Source: an uncultured virus (IMG/VR IMGVR_UViG_3300025610_000002) (taxonomy: Duplodnaviria > Heunggongvirae > Uroviricota > Caudoviricetes). Taken from it: 23,115 nt of DNA. This document shows positions 8,726 through 17,130 of this stretch, in pieces (within the stretch, counting starts at the first letter, position 1; the number at the start of each line of letters is the position of its first letter). The DNA lies in IMG/VR virus record IMGVR_UViG_3300025610_000002; one strand, given 5' to 3'. Under the pieces are notes generated by a model. It saw nothing but the letters and a program-made list of their open reading frames with translations, ran no database searches and was not told the origin of the DNA. The translations under genes were made by a program, and so were the position numbers.

Positions 8726-8925
8726 TATGATTCCTCCAAATTAATTTCAATGAACCTCATGTATTGCATGAAGCAGGTTTGACAAAGAAGAACTTCTTTG
8801 CCTCGGACTTGAACGCCATAAAGCGTAAACTCCGGATACTTATTTTTGCAGTAGTATTTACTGCATTTCATGTTGTTGTTACCTTGAGCAAAGGTAAATT
8901 CTGCTTCATCAAATGGGTTCGGCAT
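8725..8925 (-). CDS. Small Zn-finger protein
   Basis: CSKYYC...CQTC. Confidence 0.65.
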   Translation of the reverse strand: MPNPFDEAEFTFAQGNNNMKCSKYYCKNKYPEFTLYGVQVRGKEVLLCQTCFMQYMRFIEINLEES

Positions 8926-8929
8926 AATA

Positions 8930-9154
8930 TCACTTCAAGGTCCAAGTGTTGGTGTTGGTTTTGTCTTTGTCAACGGACATGAATTCCCGTCCACGAAGAA
9001 CAGAACCAATCGTGTAGACGCTGATTCGTCCTTTGTATTTGAAGTCCTTATTGAGAATGGCGCTCTCAATTTGAGCGGCGGTTCTCGGAGAACCATCACT
9101 CAAGACTTCAACTACTCTTCTCTTCAACCAATTGTTTCTATTGCTTCTCGCCAT
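8930..9154 (-). CDS. Small winged-helix DNA-binding protein
   Basis: VVEVLSDGSPRTAAQI...IGSVLRG..F...W pattern; GGAGG RBS favours the start at 9154. Confidence 0.65.
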   Translation of the reverse strand: MARSNRNNWLKRRVVEVLSDGSPRTAAQIESAILNKDFKYKGRISVYTIGSVLRGREFMSVDKDKTNTNTWTLK

Positions 9155-9353
9155 TGTCTTCATCCTCCAACTCGTATTCTGTGTTTCGTCCTGTGCCTAT
9201 CTTTCTAAACGCTTTACCTTTGAGAATTGAACCCAATTGGTTAGATGTAACTCCCCATTTTGTGTTCGTGTTCATGTAGTCTGCGATTTGGGCGATTGAC
9301 TTTCTACCCGTTTTCATGTATTCCTTTATCATTCGTAATTGTCGCTTGTTCAT
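9138..9353 (-). CDS. Small winged-helix DNA-binding protein (paralog of neighbour)
   Basis: KSIAQIADYMN...TSNQLGSILKG..F...Y. Confidence 0.65.
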   Translation of the reverse strand: MNKRQLRMIKEYMKTGRKSIAQIADYMNTNTKWGVTSNQLGSILKGKAFRKIGTGRNTEYELEDEDNGEKQ

Positions 9354-10201
9354 TGAAAATCACCTAGCGTAACTTGTTTGACTCGCTTGCGTTCCTTTGG
9401 TTTTCGCTTTTCACCGAGTCCCATCAGTCGGCATTCTTCGTTGTTGTATTTGCTCTTGGCGTATTTGTAGAAGTCTTCGTCTTCCAACAACTGAACAAAG
9501 AGTCGCTTTTCGTGGGGTTGAAGGCCAACTCGCTTCAAGAGTTTAGGCACTTTGGAATAGGAGCCACGCTTAGGCATACTTGGCCTTCGGAAGAATTTAC
9601 CGTTATGTGAGTAGGCTAGCATTTCGTAGAAGTAACGCTGGCTCCAACGCCTCTTCACGACACCATCAACAAAGAGAATCTTGTTGGGGTGAATGTTCTC
9701 GGCAAGCCAAGATACAACTTGCGTATCTGCTGGTTTGTTGTAAAGCAATAATTCACGAATCTTTTCACGGTCAGTATCACGAAGATATTCAGTCATTAAA
9801 GAGAATATATCTCGTTCGTAAGTAAACGGTTCTTCGCTTCTTGGTGCTAGAGATTTAATTTCTTCTTGCACATATTTCTTGGAACCGACTTTACGCATCT
9901 TAGTAATTCTTTTAATTTCAGCAGGGATAGATTTCTGATTCCTAGAAGTCAACAAAACTTTACCACGATAACTACGAATAATACTAACGATTTCTTTTGT
10001 CATCGGTTTGTAATCAATATCCTCTATGATGATTCCTAATTCTTTTGGAACTGAGTGTATGTCAGAAATCTCCACCTCGTTCGCAAACATGTAAAGTGCG
10101 TTTGGAAGCAAATTTCGCACTTTCGTAGTCTTGCCGGTTCCTTCCTTTCCGACGAAAACTTCCGCTCGTTCATTGTTCATGTTCGTTAGACCCATTCTCA
10201 T
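9350..10201 (-). CDS. Short RFC large-subunit-like clamp-loader ATPase
   Basis: Walker A GKEGTGKT, MFANE (NASD-equivalent position), Walker B IIIEDID, C-terminal basic tract plus PIP box QVTLGDF. Confidence 0.7.
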   Translation of the reverse strand: MRMGLTNMNNERAEVFVGKEGTGKTTKVRNLLPNALYMFANEVEISDIHSVPKELGIIIEDIDYKPMTKEIVSIIRSYRGKVLLTSRNQKSIPAEIKRITKMRKVGSKKYVQEEIKSLAPRSEEPFTYERDIFSLMTEYLRDTDREKIRELLLYNKPADTQVVSWLAENIHPNKILFVDGVVKRRWSQRYFYEMLAYSHNGKFFRRPSMPKRGSYSKVPKLLKRVGLQPHEKRLFVQLLEDEDFYKYAKSKYNNEECRLMGLGEKRKPKERKRVKQVTLGDFQ

Positions 10202-10571
10202 ACCCCATTATTTCAAATATTTTTTCTAGACCTTCCAAGGTCTTGTGGCCTCCTTCCTCTAGGATGGCCATGACTTCTCTAAGAACAGGAAGCCCTTTTC
10301 CATTCAACTCATCCATGCTTTCCGGAATAATTTCTAGAATTCTGCGACAAGCCTTCTTGCCGAGAATGATTCTAAAGTGACCCGATTCGTAGTAAGGCAC
10401 TTGCAATTGTTGAAGGGTTCTTTTGATGGCGACAATCATGTTTTCATTTGAAGAGATAGAGCCGCTAACAGAAACGCCGTAGCCAATCGCTGAATCGTGA
10501 TTGAGTTTGATGTTCACTCTGTATTTGGCTTTGATGAGAAGCATTCCAATCAATTGTTCTTTGGTAATCAT
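10170..10571 (-). CDS. Degenerate single-domain LAGLIDADG endonuclease-like protein
   Basis: EQLIGMLLIKAKYRVNI...GYGVSVSGSIS and C-terminal HKTLEGLEKI resemble the LAGLIDADG_1 layout; catalytic acidic residues are missing. Confidence 0.6.
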   Translation of the reverse strand: MITKEQLIGMLLIKAKYRVNIKLNHDSAIGYGVSVSGSISSNENMIVAIKRTLQQLQVPYYESGHFRIILGKKACRRILEIIPESMDELNGKGLPVLREVMAILEEGGHKTLEGLEKIFEIMGYENGSNEHEQ

Positions 10572-10579
10572 AGTATCAC

Positions 10580-12109
10580 CTAGAACATGTTGATTACATC
10601 GGTAATTGTGTCAATCTCGCTCAATACCTTGTCCTCTCGGAAACGAACCTTTCGTGGAAAGCGCAATCCGAAAGTCCCCGACTTGTTTTTAGTAACTGCA
10701 TCAGCCGTCACCTCAATAATAACGCTAGGAACAAAGGAATAGATTTCCTTGTTGAAACCTGTAATTATGCGCCGTAGTTTGTTCGTCAACATCGTCAATT
10801 CTTCGTCCGTGAATCCATTGCCCACTCGTCCAATCTCGGTGTAGCCGCTATCGGTCGTTGGGTCGGCAACGCCAATGACAAAGGTAGCGAAGACATTCTT
10901 CTTGGAATGCTCGCCGTATTCGGCCCCTAGAATGACCACATCAAGGTCAATTCGTGGTGGCTTGAACTTCACCCATGTTCGCTTACCGGGTTCGTAGACG
11001 CCCTCTAGGTCCTTCACCATGATGCCCTCAAAACCATCAGCAATAGCCCGGTTGTAGAAGGCCAAGAAGTCGCCGCCGATTTGACGGAGGGACAAATCCT
11101 CAACCATCAAAGGTTCATCGTCAACCGCCTGTAGTCTTGTTTCCAAGTCCATGTTCAACAAGCCTGCATCTTTGTAGTAAAGACAATCAAAGATAACCCA
11201 CTTGACAGTAACTTTTTGTGCGTCTTCCCAAGATTTGGAATGAACTCTTGTTCCCATCTTCTTGTGGTCATCGGGAGAACCATCGCTACGAATGGGATAA
11301 ATCTCGCCATCAAGAATGAAACGCTTCTCGTTGTATTGTTTCACTCGCTCAATTACATCGGGGAATTGGTGGTTGACGATTTTACCACGGCGATTGAAGA
11401 CGATAACGGAATCACCATCACGGTGAATTTGATACCGGTTGCCGTCATACTTCACATCATACATGACTTTGGATGGCCATTGGTCTTGTGGCTTCACTTT
11501 AGCCAACATTGGCTTGATGAATTTACCATGCGCTAACTCCATTGGAGGGGTTTGACCCATACCGTAGTAAACAACAACTTGGGAAAGACTGTTCATTGTG
11601 CAATCTCTCTTGACTTCTACAACCTTCTTACCATAGTGGTTGGCTACTGCTTTTTGGATAGAAGGCATACCCAATCCGTTGTTGGGAGTGCGAATCCAAA
11701 ACTTGGTGAACCACTTACGCTCAACATCGGACATGTTCAAGAAAATCTCCTTGACTACATCAAAGGCTTGCGCTCTAGAGGAGCAATCCATTTCTAAGAG
11801 AGAATTGATTTGACGAAGGCTGAATTCTTCTTCTCCATCTGTAGTGTCCATCAAGTAAACGGCCTCGCCAATATCATTGGTGGCCGTGTAAAGTTCTTCC
11901 AACTCATCGGGGAATACTTGAAAGAAATCAGCAATCCACTTCTTTGCAGTAGTGATTGCAATGTTGTTCTTTGCTAAGTCCATCGTGAGGAGTTTCACCA
12001 ATTGTTCTTGGTTAAAACTCCCCATTTCCCTTGAAAGAAGACGAACTTGTGTTGTCGGCTTCTTCTCGTAAAGTGCTTCCATTAGTATTGCTAGTTTCTT
12101 GAATGTCAT
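10580..12109 (-). CDS. lig: ATP-dependent DNA ligase
   Basis: KPMLA, motif I KYDGNR, ILDGEI, IFDCLY, EGIMVK, WVKFK, GLRFPR..R.REDK. Confidence 0.96.
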   Translation of the reverse strand: MTFKKLAILMEALYEKKPTTQVRLLSREMGSFNQEQLVKLLTMDLAKNNIAITTAKKWIADFFQVFPDELEELYTATNDIGEAVYLMDTTDGEEEFSLRQINSLLEMDCSSRAQAFDVVKEIFLNMSDVERKWFTKFWIRTPNNGLGMPSIQKAVANHYGKKVVEVKRDCTMNSLSQVVVYYGMGQTPPMELAHGKFIKPMLAKVKPQDQWPSKVMYDVKYDGNRYQIHRDGDSVIVFNRRGKIVNHQFPDVIERVKQYNEKRFILDGEIYPIRSDGSPDDHKKMGTRVHSKSWEDAQKVTVKWVIFDCLYYKDAGLLNMDLETRLQAVDDEPLMVEDLSLRQIGGDFLAFYNRAIADGFEGIMVKDLEGVYEPGKRTWVKFKPPRIDLDVVILGAEYGEHSKKNVFATFVIGVADPTTDSGYTEIGRVGNGFTDEELTMLTNKLRRIITGFNKEIYSFVPSVIIEVTADAVTKNKSGTFGLRFPRKVRFREDKVLSEIDTITDVINMF

Positions 12110-12236
12110 CGTAAATCAACTCTGTATTTTCATTTATTGTTATAATTAATTCTTGTATGTGTTTCGCCATCTTGGGCTTGACTTTGGAAAGCGACCAAAG
12201 ATATTTGGCCAATGCTTCCCATTCACTCTTCTTCAT
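12012..12236 (-). CDS. Hypothetical protein (MKKSEWEALAKYLW...)
   Basis: GGTGGTGA RBS; its 3' end overlaps the ligase start by about 98 nt. Confidence 0.5.
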   Translation of the reverse strand: MKKSEWEALAKYLWSLSKVKPKMAKHIQELIITINENTELIYDDIQETSNTNGSTLREEADNTSSSSFKGNGEF

Positions 12237-12588
12237 CTTCACCACCGTTTGCAAGAGTGATTTCGTGGTGAATGCGGTTGATGTTTTGCATCATCGTCTG
12301 TAGCACTTGTGCGAGGTCTTCACGACCAACAGACATAGCGGCCATTTGCATGTAAGTCATTGAACCCAACATCATGGGAACTGAAATCCGATTGAAGGTT
12401 CCGCCTACAATCAATGACCAATGAACAACGAATGCACCACGAACATGTTCGCTTGTATTCTGCACCGTTGGCCAAGTGTTTGTGAAATCTTTCTGTAAGT
12501 GCTTCGGCACTTTGTTTTGTGTTGCGATTGCCCATCTTGCGAATTCCTTCGGGCTTTGCATAATCAGTAGTATTTTGCTCAATTTCAT
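12223..12588 (-). CDS. Hypothetical protein (121 aa)
   Basis: ATG 12588 one nt after the previous stop, GGAG RBS; acidic GGEDEEE end typical of genes here. Confidence 0.7.
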   Translation of the reverse strand: MKLSKILLIMQSPKEFARWAIATQNKVPKHLQKDFTNTWPTVQNTSEHVRGAFVVHWSLIVGGTFNRISVPMMLGSMTYMQMAAMSVGREDLAQVLQTMMQNINRIHHEITLANGGEDEEE

Positions 12589-12589
12589 T

Positions 12590-12745
12590 TTATTCATCTC
12601 CAAATGTTTGTCGTCCGTGATACATGCAGAATTCGTATTGGAGCATTCGTTTTACCCAAAGGGCTTGCTCTCCAATAACAACGGGAGCGGATAGAACGGT
12701 CTTCTCGCACCCTTCAAATTTGCATTTGTAAGGGTATTTCGTCAT
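12590..12745 (-). CDS. 51-aa Zn-finger micro-protein (MTKYPYKCKFEGCEK...EFCMYHGRQTFGDE), not in ORF track
   Basis: Hand translation; ATGA overlap, Cx4C...CxxH, fills the gap exactly. Confidence 0.7.
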   Translation of the reverse strand: MTKYPYKCKFEGCEKTVLSAPVVIGEQALWVKRMLQYEFCMYHGRQTFGDE

Positions 12746-12954
12746 TCTTCTTCACCATCCAACAACTTATTGAGGAGGCGTCGGAGAACCTTGGCCTCGT
12801 TCATGTTCATACGAATGCCTTTTCTTGTTGGTTTGTCGTCCCTATACCAACGAACATCTAACACTTTGATACCGTAGTATTGGCCTTGGTGAATCTTCAT
12901 CTCGTCCTTAGGACTGCGAACGATTCTACCTTTGAATTCCAATCCTTCACTCAA
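12742..12954 (-). CDS. PC4/p15-like ssDNA-binding protein
   Basis: YYGIKVLDVRWY...KPTRKGIRMN matches the PC4 family signature. Confidence 0.8.
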   Translation of the reverse strand: MSEGLEFKGRIVRSPKDEMKIHQGQYYGIKVLDVRWYRDDKPTRKGIRMNMNEAKVLRRLLNKLLDGEEE

Positions 12955-13354
12955 GCATCCATCCCTCCTTGAATTTCTTCAACTCCTTTCGTGAAACAAA
13001 ATAGCGGGGAGTATCAAGCGCATCAAGGCGATTCACAACCCAACAAGCACCACCAAGACTAGAGATTTGAACAATCTCGTATTGGCCATCGCTAATTTCA
13101 ATGACTTCTCTTGTATTGATTTCGGGCGTCAAGCCATACATTCGGGTAATCTCGCTTGCTACTTCGTGAATGTTGTCAACGACATACTTGATGATGTGCG
13201 CTCTTTGAATAGGAATCTTAGGCGCTACATCAATCTCAATGAATCCCTTCTTATCACAAACTTTGCATTTGTTTCCTTCACAAATAGGACAAACAATTTG
13301 CGACTTGTGCGGTGCAGGGAGTGTGACTGTAACGGCCCTCTTCATGATACTCAT
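12947..13354 (-). CDS. Protein with DnaJ-like CxxCxG zinc finger
   Basis: CPICEGNKCKVCDKKG; translationally coupled to groEL. Confidence 0.65.
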   Translation of the reverse strand: MSIMKRAVTVTLPAPHKSQIVCPICEGNKCKVCDKKGFIEIDVAPKIPIQRAHIIKYVVDNIHEVASEITRMYGLTPEINTREVIEISDGQYEIVQISSLGGACWVVNRLDALDTPRYFVSRKELKKFKEGWMLE

Positions 13355-14865
13355 TCCTCAGTAAGGACGGCAACTTCCGTGGTTAAGAACATGATGGCGA
13401 TTGACATAGCGGCGGAAAGACTGCTCTTTGTAACCTTCACCGGGTCAATAACGCCAGCATCAATAAGATTCTCAATCTCCCCGGTCTTTGCATTAAATCC
13501 TACAAAGTCATTGGGAAGAATCCTATCCCAAGACTCGGAAGATGCATCGGCATTTCGGAGTAGAACTTCTGTTGGAGTCATGAACACATCGGAAAGATAC
13601 AGAGGAACGCTCTCTCGTTGCCGTAGAAGCGAGAAAGCCTTGAGGAGGCCCAAACCCCCACCGACAATGACGCCTTCCTGTAGAGCGGCCTTGGTAGCGT
13701 TGAGAGCGTCATCTAGGCGCTCCTTGGTTTCACGCAACTCTACGCTTGACCCACCACCCACTCGGATGACGGCCACGCCACCCTTGAGTCTAGAAATGCG
13801 AGTGGTCAAACGCTCTCTAATCCAATCGTTGGTAGCAGACTTGTATAACTCAGTAAGCGAATCAACTCGCTCCTGCGTGTCTTTGCCGGAACCGCCAACA
13901 ATGGTAGTATTGACTTGGTTGAGAACAACTCTATCGCACTCACCAAAACAATCTTCGTCAACAATGCGAAGGTCGTCCTTGGCTTCATCGGAATACAACT
14001 TACCACCGACAACTGCTACAATGTCTTTCAACTCATCTAATCTAGCATCGCCGTGATTGGGTGCTTCACAAACACCGACTTGCACTCTACCTTGAACAAC
14101 ATTCGCTAAGAGATTAGAAAGTGCAGAACCTCTAATGTCAGCGCAGATAATCAGTAATGGTCTGCTCTGCGAAGAAGCGTATTCCAATGCTGGAAGAATA
14201 TCTTGGAAGTTAATGATGAATTTGTTCGTCGTAAAGATGAGAGGCTTCTCAAGAACGCAATCGCCGTTGTCTTGATTGGAAAAGAGATGACTGATGTAGC
14301 CGTTCTCTAACTCAAGACCTTCCTTCAACTCGTATTCGGTGAGAAGGCCGTGGCCCTCTTCAACGGCAATCACACCATCTTTACCAACATGGGAAAAGAC
14401 TTCTGCGATGAGTTGCCCAAGGAATTCATCGTTGTTGGCGGCAATAGTAGCAATGTCCACAACATCATCATCAACAACTTCTGTTGAAATCTCATCAAGA
14501 ATTGACAACATTGAGTCACGAACCTGCTCCAACTCCAAACGAGTTTGATGAACATTGGTAACTTGGAATTCAGCCAAGGCGTTGCACAAGGAGCGAGCCA
14601 AGATACAAGCAGTTGTTGTTCCGTCGCCAGCCTTTGACTGAGCCTTGAGAGCAAGGTTCTGCACCAACTGAACACCCATTTGAACGAACGGGTCCTCATG
14701 GCTTACATGTCGTGCAATCGTTACGCCATCGTTAATGACAACGGGAGGATTGCCTTGCAGGATTGCCGTTCTTGCTTGAGGTCCGAGCGTAGGGCTAACC
14801 GTATCAGCAACGAGATTGATTCCCTGCAACAACTTCTCTTTGACTTCATCGTTGAAAAGAATCAT
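13351..14865 (-). CDS. groEL: Group I chaperonin GroEL
   Basis: TLGP, INDGVTIA, AGDGTTTA, IATIAAN, VGKDGVIAVEEG, RISRLKGGVAVIRVGG, DDALNATKAA..EG.I.GGG, AGVIDPVKV. Confidence 0.95.
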   Translation of the reverse strand: MILFNDEVKEKLLQGINLVADTVSPTLGPQARTAILQGNPPVVINDGVTIARHVSHEDPFVQMGVQLVQNLALKAQSKAGDGTTTACILARSLCNALAEFQVTNVHQTRLELEQVRDSMLSILDEISTEVVDDDVVDIATIAANNDEFLGQLIAEVFSHVGKDGVIAVEEGHGLLTEYELKEGLELENGYISHLFSNQDNGDCVLEKPLIFTTNKFIINFQDILPALEYASSQSRPLLIICADIRGSALSNLLANVVQGRVQVGVCEAPNHGDARLDELKDIVAVVGGKLYSDEAKDDLRIVDEDCFGECDRVVLNQVNTTIVGGSGKDTQERVDSLTELYKSATNDWIRERLTTRISRLKGGVAVIRVGGGSSVELRETKERLDDALNATKAALQEGVIVGGGLGLLKAFSLLRQRESVPLYLSDVFMTPTEVLLRNADASSESWDRILPNDFVGFNAKTGEIENLIDAGVIDPVKVTKSSLSAAMSIAIMFLTTEVAVLTEE

Positions 14866-15086
14866 TCAATCACCTCTGCGAGTCCGTAGATTTCGTCAAA
14901 GGGAACAAAGAGAAAACCTTCGTTCTTCTTTGCCTTCTCAACAGAGAAGTAAACAGTTCTTCCAACGAGGGAGGAGTCTTGGTTGCAATCAATAACGGTC
15001 CCTACGGTTTCTTCTTGTGTCACGATTCCATAGGTGCTTCTGCTTTCCTTTGCTTTTACAACCACCCAACTTCCAACGGCTTTCAT
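14862..15086 (-). CDS. groES: Co-chaperonin GroES-like
   Basis: MKAVGSWVVVK...STYGIV...GTVI...VGRTVYF...FDEIYG layout; directly upstream of groEL with ATGA overlap. Confidence 0.8.
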   Translation of the reverse strand: MKAVGSWVVVKAKESRSTYGIVTQEETVGTVIDCNQDSSLVGRTVYFSVEKAKKNEGFLFVPFDEIYGLAEVIE

Positions 15087-15111
15087 ACGAACACCAAATG
15101 ACTGAGAGTAT

Positions 15112-15219
15112 TTATTCTCTCCTAAGAATCACTTCTGTTCCGCAACCGACGCACTTGCCTTCTTCAATCCGATTCATGTAGAGAACCAATCCGCAGTTTT
15201 CGCAAGTGGTAATCTTCAC
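15112..15219 (-). CDS. 35-aa Zn-ribbon micro-protein (MKITTCENCG...KCVGCGTEVILRRE), not in ORF track
   Basis: GTG start overlapping the previous TGA; CxxCG...CxxCG. Confidence 0.7.
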   Translation of the reverse strand: MKITTCENCGLVLYMNRIEEGKCVGCGTEVILRRE

Positions 15220-15425
15220 GCTTCCATCTCCGAAACCATATTGGAGAATTCCCATTGGTGGAACATCTCATGCGCTCCTAGAAAGCCACCTGCTTGTCGG
15301 ATAGGGCCGATGAATCTTGCACTACAAATGCGGCAGAAGACAAGAACAATTCGCTCGTCCTCAAAGCGCCCATCGTCGTTCTCGTAAGAAACAACTTCTC
15401 CTAGGTCCTCTTCGGTGTAGGTCAT
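15216..15425 (-). CDS. C2H2-like Zn-finger protein
   Basis: CRIC...HEMFH; start ATG 15425 in an ATGA overlap. Confidence 0.65.
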   Translation of the reverse strand: MTYTEEDLGEVVSYENDDGRFEDERIVLVFCRICSARFIGPIRQAGGFLGAHEMFHQWEFSNMVSEMEA

Positions 15426-15511
15426 TCCTCTTCCCTCCCACAATTGCAGAGTTTTGCAATCCTGTAGAAAACACCACAGGAACTACAAGGAGTTGGGATT
15501 GCTCCACACAT
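15422..15511 (-). CDS. 29-aa Cys-rich micro-protein (MCGAIPTPCSSCGVFYRIAKLCNCGREEE), not in ORF track
   Basis: TAATG coupling to the JAB stop, ATGA coupling to the next gene, CxxC...CxC. Confidence 0.65.
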   Translation of the reverse strand: MCGAIPTPCSSCGVFYRIAKLCNCGREEE

Positions 15512-16032
15512 TACTCTCCACCCCAAGATTGCGTTCTAGTGTGTTCTCCGTCATTGAAAATCATGAGTTGCTTAGGCACATCTTGGCTCCAATAACCGTA
15601 GTGTTCAAGCCCGCCGAGAACATACGCTTCCTTCATCTTTGGTCCCCAAATAGAAACCGTGCGAATGTCGGTCCCGCTAAAGTAGGCGGCTCCGAAGGGA
15701 TGGGTGTGAATCCAACACTTGATTGGTAACTTCATCCCAACAGGGTTGATTTGAAAGTCAACATAGCCCGGTGAACCTGTAGAAACATGAGCAATATCGT
15801 TGTCGTCAATAACGACTTGAACCTCAAGTTTAGGAAGAATCATTGTTGATGCTTCCCAAATGGCGGCGTGGAAGGTTTGACTGTCGTAAGTAGCAGGACT
15901 GTTCTCATCACAAGCCAATTCCCAAGCCTTCTTGACAAAGGCTACCGCTTGTTCTCGTTCTTCCAGCCTTCGCTCAAAGGCCCTAATGTTTTCTTCTTCG
16001 TGTTGTTGATACCATTCTCCACTTCTACTCAT
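15511..16032 (-). CDS. JAB/JAMM (MPN+) metalloprotease
   Basis: Complete JAMM motif: E (LEVQVVI) ... H-T-H-x7-S-x2-D (IHTHPFGAAYFSGTD). Confidence 0.88.
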   Translation of the reverse strand: MSRSGEWYQQHEEENIRAFERRLEEREQAVAFVKKAWELACDENSPATYDSQTFHAAIWEASTMILPKLEVQVVIDDNDIAHVSTGSPGYVDFQINPVGMKLPIKCWIHTHPFGAAYFSGTDIRTVSIWGPKMKEAYVLGGLEHYGYWSQDVPKQLMIFNDGEHTRTQSWGGE

Positions 16033-16313
16033 TTGTTTGCCCCCTTTCCATACAACTCATCGTAAATGAACCCGTTTTCAGTTGAGCCATTCTTCACAAG
16101 TTCTGCTTGTGTGCCGCAGACGACACACCAATAACGCTTCGCAAAACGGTGTTCGGGTGACTTGATTGGTTGAGCGGTTGTTATATCAACTGCCCAAGTT
16201 CCTTCAATACCGCCAAGGCAATGACATTTTTTCTTGATGTTTCCCGTTTCACGCATTGCTTTGATTCGCATTGCCCGGTCGTGATTTTTCTTTCTCACGG
16301 TTTCTTCTTTCAT
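16029..16313 (-). CDS. Zn-ribbon protein
   Basis: CHC...CVVCG. Confidence 0.6.
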   Translation of the reverse strand: MKEETVRKKNHDRAMRIKAMRETGNIKKKCHCLGGIEGTWAVDITTAQPIKSPEHRFAKRYWCVVCGTQAELVKNGSTENGFIYDELYGKGANK

Positions 16314-16570
16314 TCTTCTTCCCTCATTTTCTTGAAGTATTCCATTGACTGAATTCGTGCTTGACGCATACCAAAAGCAGTCGTGATGATGTTTTGCACC
16401 GTATGAATGTGGTGCGGGTCAAGACCCGTCATTGCCCCGTGAATACGAATAGCAGTAACAAAGTCGTTGCAATCAATACAAACTCTACCATTGTCTTTCG
16501 TGACGAATGGATAAGGGTTGTTGGATTGGTAGTCTTCCATCTCTTGTCCACACAAAGCACACTCCATCAT
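16310..16570 (-). CDS. Zn-finger protein
   Basis: CALCG...NNPYP...GRVCIDCN. Confidence 0.65.
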   Translation of the reverse strand: MMECALCGQEMEDYQSNNPYPFVTKDNGRVCIDCNDFVTAIRIHGAMTGLDPHHIHTVQNIITTAFGMRQARIQSMEYFKKMREEE

Positions 16571-17118
16571 ACATTCACCACCCCGAAACCGTTGACTTCT
16601 TCATCGTTAAACCAACGCTGAATCCACTCAGCACCCATTCCTGCAATAGCAACCTGCATGAAGTGGACTCCTTTAGCGGAGCCATCCCATGAGTTGCCTT
16701 GACAAGAGAAGGAGCCTTCGGGACCGGCCAGCATGGTATCATACATGGACGGGTCAGCCTTGTAACTAATGTAGGCGGCGTTACGGCCTTGCGCTCTCAA
16801 GTCAAGCCAAGGAATGTTTGCCCGGTAGAGCATTCGTCGTGCGGCAAGATTATCCACACAACAAACCACCAAATCGTAGCCCATGATTTGCTCATCAGTC
16901 AAGATTGGGAACTTGCTAGGTGATAGCACAAAGCGGTCACGCATCGCCATCACTTTCAACTTACCAACATCTTCCTTGGAGAAGTTTTGGTAGGTCAAGT
17001 TCTTCGTTTCAACAGTATCGGGGTCGCTTACAGTCAACTTGTAAAGACCCGTCTTATCCAAAAGCGGCACTAGGAAACTCCCAATACCGCCTGCTCCAAT
17101 AATCAATATTTTTCTCAT
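16567..17118 (-). CDS. ThiF/MoeB/E1-like adenylyltransferase
   Basis: ILIIGAGGIGS, DPDTVETKNLTYQ, VGKLKV, DLVVCCVDNLAAR, candidate catalytic Cys in GSFSCQ; strong GGAGG RBS. Confidence 0.92.
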   Translation of the reverse strand: MRKILIIGAGGIGSFLVPLLDKTGLYKLTVSDPDTVETKNLTYQNFSKEDVGKLKVMAMRDRFVLSPSKFPILTDEQIMGYDLVVCCVDNLAARRMLYRANIPWLDLRAQGRNAAYISYKADPSMYDTMLAGPEGSFSCQGNSWDGSAKGVHFMQVAIAGMGAEWIQRWFNDEEVNGFGVVNV

Positions 17119-17130
17119 TTTTATTCCTCC

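Noticed and set aside
13067..14056. 329-aa plus-strand ORF
   Set aside because: Antisense shadow of groEL with Ser/Thr/Arg-rich non-protein-like composition; long antisense frames are common opposite chaperonin genes.
16567..17118. ThiF as a thiamine or molybdopterin biosynthesis auxiliary gene
   Set aside because: No thiG/thiC/moaE/moaA or rhodanese in the window, so it is not called as such. A sulfur-carrier role is kept only as an alternative hypothesis.
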